Source: an uncultured Methanosarcinales archaeon (GTDB lineage Archaea > Nanobdellota > Nanobdellia > Woesearchaeales > CAZYIM01). From it: 12,570 bases of DNA. This document shows, one piece after another, positions 5,974-12,570 of the stretch (the first letter of the stretch is position 1; every line of letters begins with the position of its first letter). The stretch covers positions 1-12,570 of the forward strand of contig CAZYIM010000054.1 in NCBI GenBank assembly GCA_964647565.1, written 5' to 3'. Under the pieces are notes generated by a model. It made no database searches and was not told where the DNA came from. It saw nothing but the letters and a program-made list of their open reading frames with translations. Made by a program: the position numbers and the translations under genes.

Positions 5974-6915
5974 ATGCCAAAACTCGAACTTCAAGTCTAC
6001 CCAAAAATAAACCTTTGTCTAGAAGTGATGAGACGAGATAGGTCGGGATATCATAAGATAGATACAGTCATCCAGGAAATTGGAAACAAGGACTTAAACT
6101 TTAAGACTCTAAACAGTATTCTTTCTGATCAAATTCAGGTTAAACTTCTTCTCGAATCAACAGAAGACAGGATAGCGCTTGATACTGACTATTCAATTGG
6201 TGAGGATACTCGCACTGAGATTTTTAATGCAATCCAAAATTTTATGAACAAATTCAGAGCTGATAAACTTGGCTTTATGGATGGGTTTTATCAAATCAAT
6301 CTTCAAAAACAAATCCCGGTTGGTGCGGGATTAGGGGGTGGAAGTGCAGACATGGCAGCTCTATTGAAATATGCTTTTAATGATCAGTCTACTAAAAAAA
6401 ATATTGACAACTATGGTGCTAATTTTGGCAAGGATATTCCTTTTTTCTTGCATGGAGGACTTTGTCGAGCAACAGGTTATGGCGATAAGATTGAAGAGCT
6501 GCTTGACCTGCCTGAGATGGATATCTTTATCTTATATCCTAAATTTAAGATTTCAACCAAATGGGCTTATAAGAAGTTGAATTCTAAAAAGAAAAAACCT
6601 GAATACATCCAGAATATCCTATTTTGTATTGAATCCAAAGCTTACAAAGACCTTCCAAAGGTCATTCATAATGATTTTGAGCCACTTATACTTGATAAAT
6701 ATCCTTTACTGGCTAAAATGAAAAAAGATCTGGCCATTTCAAATGTACATTGCAACTTGACTGGTTCTGGCTCTGCTTTTTTTGGCTTTTCAGATCAAGA
6801 AGTTGAAGATAGGCTTATTTCATTGGTCGATCAAAATCAGTTTTCTCTTTATTTTACCAAGACTCGTCCTCGAAATGCTCACCAGTCAAATCGTAAGATT
6901 TTCGATAGTCTTTAA
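5974..6915 (+). CDS. ispE: 4-diphosphocytidyl-2-C-methyl-D-erythritol kinase (GHMP kinase, IspE family)
   Basis: PKINLCLEV..R..GYHKIDTV, KQIPVGAGLGGGSAD, G.DIPFF..GG...ATG.GD, ISTKWAY, NDFE and LTGSGSAFFG. ATG 5974 preferred over TTG 5959. Confidence 0.85.
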   Translation: MPKLELQVYPKINLCLEVMRRDRSGYHKIDTVIQEIGNKDLNFKTLNSILSDQIQVKLLLESTEDRIALDTDYSIGEDTRTEIFNAIQNFMNKFRADKLGFMDGFYQINLQKQIPVGAGLGGGSADMAALLKYAFNDQSTKKNIDNYGANFGKDIPFFLHGGLCRATGYGDKIEELLDLPEMDIFILYPKFKISTKWAYKKLNSKKKKPEYIQNILFCIESKAYKDLPKVIHNDFEPLILDKYPLLAKMKKDLAISNVHCNLTGSGSAFFGFSDQEVEDRLISLVDQNQFSLYFTKTRPRNAHQSNRKIFDSL

Positions 6916-7008
6916 GGACTTTAAATTTAAAGACTTCAGCCTTTATACCTTTTTGGACAAGACATTCTGCCGTGGAATATATAAAGGAAATTATTCTATT
7001 ATTATCAT

Positions 7009-7248
7009 ATGACTTTTATCAAAATCAACAATACAATCCAGGATTATAAGAAATATACTAAAGAGACACTTCTTCTGAAGAACTATCTTAAGATAAAGCT
7101 AAAAGAGATCTTAAAAGAACAAGATTTCTCTCTGATAGCATTAGAGTCCGGCACCTATGATGAGGTTGTTCTTGTCTTTTACAACAAACACAAAGACCTA
7201 CAGTTGACAATGAGTGTCTTCAAGAAAGGCAAAGAGGTGTTTGTCTAG
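7009..7248 (+). CDS. Small hypothetical protein (79 aa)
   Basis: ATG-initiated ORF filling the gap, with a TATA-like ATATATAAA ~25 nt upstream. Confidence 0.55.
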   Translation: MTFIKINNTIQDYKKYTKETLLLKNYLKIKLKEILKEQDFSLIALESGTYDEVVLVFYNKHKDLQLTMSVFKKGKEVFV

Positions 7249-7324
7249 AATCACAATATTTTTATAATCTTTTGTAATATTATCTCATGTTTTATTATAA
7301 AAAATAACATATGAGGTAATTCAA

Positions 7325-7567
7325 ATGGTGAAAGCAATGATTACACTTGGAGAAAAGCAGGACAGGATATTAACAATTGTCAAAGGCAAATACGGACTCA
7401 AGACCAAATCAGAAGCAATAAATTTGGTTATAGATAAGTTCGAAGAGGAGATTCTTGAGCCACCACTTAGGCCTGAATTTGTTGAGAAATTGAACAAGAT
7501 AAAGAAACAGAAAGGCCTCAGGTTCAAGAATGTTGATGAGCTTAGGAAAAGTATTGAAAATGCGTGA
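7325..7567 (+). CDS. Type II antitoxin, DUF2683-like (ribbon-helix-helix type)
   Basis: MVKAMITL....DRILTIVKGKYGLKTKSEAI....EEEILEP.LRPEF matches the archaeal DUF2683 pattern. SD GAGGT at 7313-7317; overlaps the toxin start. Confidence 0.8.
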   Translation: MVKAMITLGEKQDRILTIVKGKYGLKTKSEAINLVIDKFEEEILEPPLRPEFVEKLNKIKKQKGLRFKNVDELRKSIENA

Positions 7568-7829
7568 TTTTGAGATAAAGCCAATTTTAAAAAAGAAGTT
7601 GGATAAGTTGTATAAGAAAGATAGAATTCTTTGTGAATATATTTTTAAGAAGATTGATGAAATTATCAATAATCCCTATATTGAGCATTATAAAAATTTG
7701 AGATATGATTTCAAGAAATCAAAAAGGGTACATATAGGTTCATTTGTCTTGGTTTTCTGTTTTGATAAAGAAAAAGACTTTATTTATTTTGAAGATTTTA
7801 ATCATCATGATCAGATATATGGAAGCTAA
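7560..7829 (+). CDS. Type II toxin, RelE/ParE (YafQ-like) family
   Basis: 89-aa basic protein with KKIDEI..NP..HYKNLRYD....KRVHIGSFVLVF...F.HHD.IY. ATG 7560 overlaps the antitoxin stop (ATGCGTGA). Confidence 0.85.
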   Translation: MRDFEIKPILKKKLDKLYKKDRILCEYIFKKIDEIINNPYIEHYKNLRYDFKKSKRVHIGSFVLVFCFDKEKDFIYFEDFNHHDQIYGS

Positions 7830-7836
7830 AACAATA

Positions 7837-8541
7837 TTACTTTTTTTCAACCTCAATGATTTTCTGATCGATGATGAAGTTATTGCGTTTTACATTTGAT
7901 TTGAGGTAATCAATAACATCTGATTTAAGCTGTTGATACTCTTCAGGATATGTATCGAATGAGAGCTTTAGAGTTTCGAAAAGATCTTCATAATCCTTGT
8001 AGTATATGGTTGATGAGATTGTATACTCTCGAAATTCGTGATTTTTAACAAGATCCAACAGAATATCATACGTGAAGTGGTAATCTGTTTTGACTAAGGC
8101 TGCAAATGCAAGCTTGACAGGGCCGTAATCCGCAGTCTTTCCATTAACCACAAACAAAGCAATCCCGCCAGGATTCAGAGTATCTATAATCTTGTCTAAT
8201 GCTTTTCTCTTATCCTTGAAATAATAGATGACATGGGATGCAATTATTACATCATATTTTTTGTCTGTTTGAAGCTCTTCCCAATCTGAATTAATCAACT
8301 CTACATTTTTAGGAATATTGCCTATGTATTCTCTTTTTTCAACAATTAAGTATTTTTTAAAATTATTAGACATATGCTCTGCAAAGGAGGGATTAGTGCC
8401 CAGGCCAATCTCTAGGCATGTTTTAAAACCTCTTCCTTCAATTAGATTGGATATCTTATCTATAAGAATATTTTTTTCATCTGTTGCTGAAATAAATCTT
8501 TTATACCATGTTTCATTGAACTCAACTTGGTCTACAGGCAT
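7837..8541 (-). CDS. Class I SAM-dependent methyltransferase, substrate unknown
   Basis: Motif I CLEIGLG, acidic IVE, DWE, YDVIIASHVIYY and LNPGG. Confidence 0.85.
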   Translation of the reverse strand: MPVDQVEFNETWYKRFISATDEKNILIDKISNLIEGRGFKTCLEIGLGTNPSFAEHMSNNFKKYLIVEKREYIGNIPKNVELINSDWEELQTDKKYDVIIASHVIYYFKDKRKALDKIIDTLNPGGIALFVVNGKTADYGPVKLAFAALVKTDYHFTYDILLDLVKNHEFREYTISSTIYYKDYEDLFETLKLSFDTYPEEYQQLKSDVIDYLKSNVKRNNFIIDQKIIEVEKK

Positions 8542-8589
8542 AGCTTTGTTGATAGAGTTGTCATATTAAAATGTTTCTTAAATGGCAAA

Positions 8590-8598
8590 TTATATAAA
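8590..8598 (+). promoter_or_regulatory. TATA box of the DUF368 gene
   Basis: TTATATAAA ending ~23 nt before ATG 8622; no SD. Confidence 0.55.
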
Positions 8599-8621
8599 GA
8601 CACATTTAACTAACCAATCTC

Positions 8622-9473
8622 ATGAAGACCACCATCAAAGAATACATTCTCATCTTTCTACGCGGTCTTTTAATGGGTATTGCCGACATCATACCTGGCG
8701 TTTCTGGAGGTACTATGGCACTTGTTACTGGTATCTATCAACGACTTGTACATGCTATCAGCAGCCTAACTTCGGAGTTTGTACCTCAGTTTTTCAAGGG
8801 AAAGTTCAAGAAGGCATTCAAACAGGTTGACTTCGCATTGTTTATCCCTTTACTCCTGGGAATAGCAATAGCTTTTCTGGCACTCTCTCATCTGATGGGC
8901 TTCTTACTTGAAGAATATACTGCATATACATTTGCATTTTTCTTTGGGCTTATACTTTCATCTGCATTTTTTGTATATAAGCATATTGGGAAGATCGGAT
9001 GGTCATCAATAGTAGTAGGCATCATTGGAATGGTTTTTGCGTTTTGGTTTGTTGGCTTGAATCCTTTTGCAGCGAACCACTCTATTCCTATCCTGTTCCT
9101 TTCAGCTGTGATTGCAATCTGTGCAATGATTTTACCAGGCATATCAGGCTCTTTTATCCTGCTTCTTTTAGGGCAATATGAGTATTTGCTTTCTGTTCTT
9201 AGAAACCTGGAAATTGGAAAAATATTTGTTTTTATCATGGGTGCAAGTATTGGTTTGCTGGCATTCTCAAGATTACTCGATTGGCTACTGAAGAAATTCA
9301 AGGCACCTACTATGGCTTTTCTGACAGGATTGATGGTAGGTTCATTAAGGCTGCCTTATACTAAAATTGCAGGATCTGGTGGATATCTTTGGTTAATAAT
9401 TCTGTTAGCACTGATTGGCTTTGGCGCTGTGTTTATCATAGAAAAAAAATTTGGAAATACTAGCAAAGCTTAA
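8622..9473 (+). CDS. DUF368 family membrane protein (polyprenyl-phosphate translocase family)
   Basis: Two signature repeats, MGIADIIPGVSGGTMAL..GIY and AMILPGISGSFILLLLGQY, plus multiple TM helices. Confidence 0.92.
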   Translation: MKTTIKEYILIFLRGLLMGIADIIPGVSGGTMALVTGIYQRLVHAISSLTSEFVPQFFKGKFKKAFKQVDFALFIPLLLGIAIAFLALSHLMGFLLEEYTAYTFAFFFGLILSSAFFVYKHIGKIGWSSIVVGIIGMVFAFWFVGLNPFAANHSIPILFLSAVIAICAMILPGISGSFILLLLGQYEYLLSVLRNLEIGKIFVFIMGASIGLLAFSRLLDWLLKKFKAPTMAFLTGLMVGSLRLPYTKIAGSGGYLWLIILLALIGFGAVFIIEKKFGNTSKA

Positions 9474-10692
9474 TTTTTTCAGTCTTTTCTTTAATATATT
9501 CAGAACTAATTAAATCTTTAACAAGCGCTGTAGGTATCTTGTACTGTCTCTTTAGTTTGGCAAATGCCCATCCTTTCTCAATAAAAGCCTTTTTGCCATG
9601 CTTTTCCATAAACTTCTCAAAATCTGCTCCTGTTTTTTCAGGCGGTCCCTTTCTGATTACAAAATCGCTCATTTTTTCCTTTTTTAACACAAAGTAAAGG
9701 TGAGATGGATAACCGAACTGCCATTTTGATTCAATAATCTTGAAATCATTGATCTTAAGATATTTACATATATGTTCAAACGCTTTCATTATCTTGGCGC
9801 CCACTACATCTTTTTTTCCCTCGAGTGGTGAGACCTCTAAAAAGATAAGCCATTCGTTTGAATTCCTCTTTTGAACCTCTGCATTTGAGATCTTTTTTAT
9901 AGTGAAAAACTCTTTAGAGGATTTATGCAGGAAATCTCTTGCCTTTTGCTTGAAGATATCAAACTTCTCCCTGCCAAGAGCAGCAGCTGCATTTCTATCT
10001 GGCTGGATCGGATCCACCAATATCAAAGGACTGTGAGTTTTAGATTTGTTCAATTCTTTGATGGGATCTTTAAGGTGTTTTTCAACATCAATCACAACTT
10101 TTTTACCCCAGACGCTGGCTTGCATCAGCAGTTTTTCAAATGAGCCATAATGAATTATTAGGATGTCCAGTACATGACCTGAAAAACCTTTGAGGTATGA
10201 CTCAGCACCATATACTTCAATGCCTTTACAGAATTTCTTGGCTAGACGGATCTCATCAGCCAGTTCAGGATTCTTATCGACGTATTTTTTCACATAATAA
10301 ACGTGCAAAGGACTCATGTCTGTGACATTCTCTGCTTTAGTATAATTATCGATATCTAATACAGGTACTAATTCATAGATAATATCCTCCTTCAACTGGA
10401 AATAATCCCTGCTGCCATGTACCCTTTCTAGATTCTCAAAATCACAAAGTACTTTTTCTAGCATATCTGAAATATTTTTATTCTTGTATTTATAGTCAAA
10501 CCTGATAAAAAGATCAACATCATAATCGTTCTTCAGGAACGTACCCTTTGCAAATGAGCCGCCTAGAACGCATTTTGCCTTTATGTTGTTCTTTTTTAGA
10601 TTAGTATTTATACGATCAACTACTTCAATCACGTGTTCCATTAAGACCCTGTCAGGTTTTATTTCTTTTTTCAATTCTTCAAGTAGTTTCAT
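9460..10692 (-). CDS. cca: CCA-adding tRNA nucleotidyltransferase, archaeal class I
   Basis: GGSFAKGTFL..DYDVDLF, ELVP, D.SP.H, YGAE....GFSG...ILI.HYGSF and DPIQP.RNAAAA. ATG 10692 has a TATA-like TTTTTAAAA ~24 nt upstream. Confidence 0.93.
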   Translation of the reverse strand: MKLLEELKKEIKPDRVLMEHVIEVVDRINTNLKKNNIKAKCVLGGSFAKGTFLKNDYDVDLFIRFDYKYKNKNISDMLEKVLCDFENLERVHGSRDYFQLKEDIIYELVPVLDIDNYTKAENVTDMSPLHVYYVKKYVDKNPELADEIRLAKKFCKGIEVYGAESYLKGFSGHVLDILIIHYGSFEKLLMQASVWGKKVVIDVEKHLKDPIKELNKSKTHSPLILVDPIQPDRNAAAALGREKFDIFKQKARDFLHKSSKEFFTIKKISNAEVQKRNSNEWLIFLEVSPLEGKKDVVGAKIMKAFEHICKYLKINDFKIIESKWQFGYPSHLYFVLKKEKMSDFVIRKGPPEKTGADFEKFMEKHGKKAFIEKGWAFAKLKRQYKIPTALVKDLISSEYIKEKTEKIKLC

Positions 10693-10797
10693 AGAACTTA
10701 AAAGAGCCAATCATCTTTTAAAAATCTTCTTCTTCCAATGACTTTTTCGAAAACTTAATATACCCTCTGTGTTAAGAACTATAAAAAGAGGTTGACT

Positions 10798-12006
10798 ATG
10801 GATGCACTGCTTTTTTTAACTAATCTTGTTGTAATTTTATTCTTAGGAGTAATATTCACAATTATCTCAAAGAAGCTCAGGATATCTAATGTTCTTGTTT
10901 TAATACTATTAGGTCTGTTTATGAAATTCATTAACGCGGTGATGAACCAGAATGATATCTTTAAGTTTGACTTTTCAGCATCATTTCTTGTAGCTATTTC
11001 CATATTGGGTTTGGCAATGGTGGTTTTTGACGGATCCTCAAGGTTCAAGCTAAAAGAAGTCGATGCCATGTCCAGTCATTCGTTAAGACTGGTAGGTATT
11101 TTCCTGTTATTTAACATAATCCTTGTGGCTTTTGTCACTAATCTGCTTTTCTTTAATTCTTTTTCAGCGGAGAACATAATATTTTCGCTTATTTTTGCTA
11201 TTGTAGTATCAGGTACTGATCCTGGTTCGGTATTTTTTATGTTGAAAAACAAGTCTAACAGGATTGTAAAGTTCTTGGAACTAGAAGCGATAATGAATAC
11301 TCCAATCATAATAATTATACCATTCTTGCTTGTAGACTTTATCAACAATCTTACTGGTGCGGGCTTGGTAGTAGGATTTGTGAATCTCGTATCTCCCTTC
11401 TTGCTGCAGCTTTTTGTAGGTGTGGGTGTGGGTATTATTATTGGTGTTGTTTTGTTCAAGTCTATTCGTAAGGCATATTCTGCCAGATTGACTCCTCTAG
11501 TTGTGATGATTGCAGCTCTTCTTTCATATATATTGTCGGAAAACCTTGGAGGTAGCGGAGTGTTGGCCGTCGCCACTCTTGGTTTGGTTTTTGGTAATGT
11601 GTACATTAAGCACAAGGCAGAACTTCAGGAGTTCAGTTCATTGTTTTCAGACTCTCTCGAGATTCTGGTATTTGTTCTTCTTGGTTTCATTATTGAGATT
11701 CCATTCACTTGGTCATTCTTTCTAAAATCCTTGATTATCTTCATTGTTCTGCTTATTTCAAGATTCTTGGCAATATCCGTTTCATTGAGAGGATCTGTAT
11801 ATGCGCTTAGAGAGAAGTTTTTCATGGCAATTAACATGCCCAAAGGCATTGCAGTTGCGGTGGTGGCTTTTTCTTTCACAGTATTAAAATCTGACTCTCT
11901 TGGTACAATCACTAACCTAATCCTAATATTTATAATATACTCTTTAATTCTTTCTTCATTGGCAGACAGATTTGCCAAGAGATTTATTGGAATAAAGATT
12001 GATTAA
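10798..12006 (+). CDS. CPA1/NhaP-type cation:proton antiporter (variant ion-binding motif)
   Basis: ~12-13 TM segments with GTDP, LE.EAIMNTP, GGSGVLAVATLGL..GN, F.LLG and PKG motifs. SD GAGGT precedes ATG 10798. Confidence 0.85.
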   Translation: MDALLFLTNLVVILFLGVIFTIISKKLRISNVLVLILLGLFMKFINAVMNQNDIFKFDFSASFLVAISILGLAMVVFDGSSRFKLKEVDAMSSHSLRLVGIFLLFNIILVAFVTNLLFFNSFSAENIIFSLIFAIVVSGTDPGSVFFMLKNKSNRIVKFLELEAIMNTPIIIIIPFLLVDFINNLTGAGLVVGFVNLVSPFLLQLFVGVGVGIIIGVVLFKSIRKAYSARLTPLVVMIAALLSYILSENLGGSGVLAVATLGLVFGNVYIKHKAELQEFSSLFSDSLEILVFVLLGFIIEIPFTWSFFLKSLIIFIVLLISRFLAISVSLRGSVYALREKFFMAINMPKGIAVAVVAFSFTVLKSDSLGTITNLILIFIIYSLILSSLADRFAKRFIGIKID

Positions 12007-12007
12007 A

Positions 12008-12570
12008 ATGAAAATTATCTTAGGTGTTGCAGGTACATCAGGGTTAGGGTATGAAAACGCCTTTAAGCAATGTGCCGAAACTGATATTGGTGCTTTGGAG
12101 GTTGAATTTACCTATGGGGTCAGGATGCCAATTGAAGACGCGAAATTGATTGGCGAACTTGCTAAGAAGAACAATGTAGCGCTCTCAGTGCATGCCCCTT
12201 ATTATATCAATCTTGTTTCAAAGGAAAAACAGAAAATAGGTGCCAGCAGGACCAGGATTCTTCAGAGCTGTGAAAGGGCGCATTATCTGGGTGCATCGCC
12301 AATTGTCTTTCATGCAGGTTTCTATATGGGTAGAGATCCCTCGACCATATATGACTCTATAAAAGAACAGATTGAAAAGCTTCATGATGCTATTAAGGAA
12401 AATGGTTGGGAAGTCCAACTTGCACCTGAGGTGACTGGTAAACCAACTCAATTTGGTAATCTTGAAGAGCTGCAGAGATTGAGCAAGGAAACAGGCTGTA
12501 CATACTGCATTGATTTTTCACATATGTTGGCCAGGAACGGTTCAATTGATTACAATGATGTTGTTTCAAG
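12008..12570 (+). CDS. nfo: Endonuclease IV (AP endonuclease family 2), archaeal type; 3' truncated
   Basis: Absent from the ORF track because there is no stop in the window. Manual translation from ATG 12008: MKIILGVAG...LEVEFTYGV...LSVHAPYYINL...IVFHAGFY...APEVTGK..QFG...CIDFSH. Confidence 0.88.
   Translation, partial: MKIILGVAGTSGLGYENAFKQCAETDIGALEVEFTYGVRMPIEDAKLIGELAKKNNVALSVHAPYYINLVSKEKQKIGASRTRILQSCERAHYLGASPIVFHAGFYMGRDPSTIYDSIKEQIEKLHDAIKENGWEVQLAPEVTGKPTQFGNLEELQRLSKETGCTYCIDFSHMLARNGSIDYNDVVS

Noticed and set aside
6371..12451. Overlapping short ORFs (e.g. 7321-7584, 8888-9301, 11076-11615, 12218-12451)
   Set aside because: Antisense or out-of-frame shadows of ispE, the TA pair, DUF368, cca, the antiporter and nfo.

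Overview
Most likely an archaeal chromosome segment, probably DPANN/Woesearchaeota-like. This is inferred from the class I archaeal CCA enzyme, archaeal-type EndoIV, DUF2683/RelE TA pair, TATA-box promoters and an IspE. The right ~10 kb is mostly housekeeping and accessory genes: a ChlI/MoxR-type AAA+ ATPase with a vWA partner, two hypotheticals, IspE, a small ORF, a type II TA pair, a SAM methyltransferase, DUF368, cca, an NhaP-type antiporter and a partial nfo. The most interesting part is 1-2625, which looks like an integron-like gene-cassette system run by a short tyrosine recombinase that lacks the IntI-specific insertion. Upstream of the recombinase are two attC-like hairpins (TAAC...GTTA; 1567-1655 and 1760-1809). 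Their flanks show the cassette-circle complementarity signature (GAGTATAAC/GTTATGCTC), which defines a 193-bp gene-less cassette. G.T wobbles and many cGNAg triloops suggest the + strand folds as ssDNA. Further out lies an AT-rich DUF4365-like plus partner operon, a candidate defence cargo. All calls were made by eye, with no database searches.
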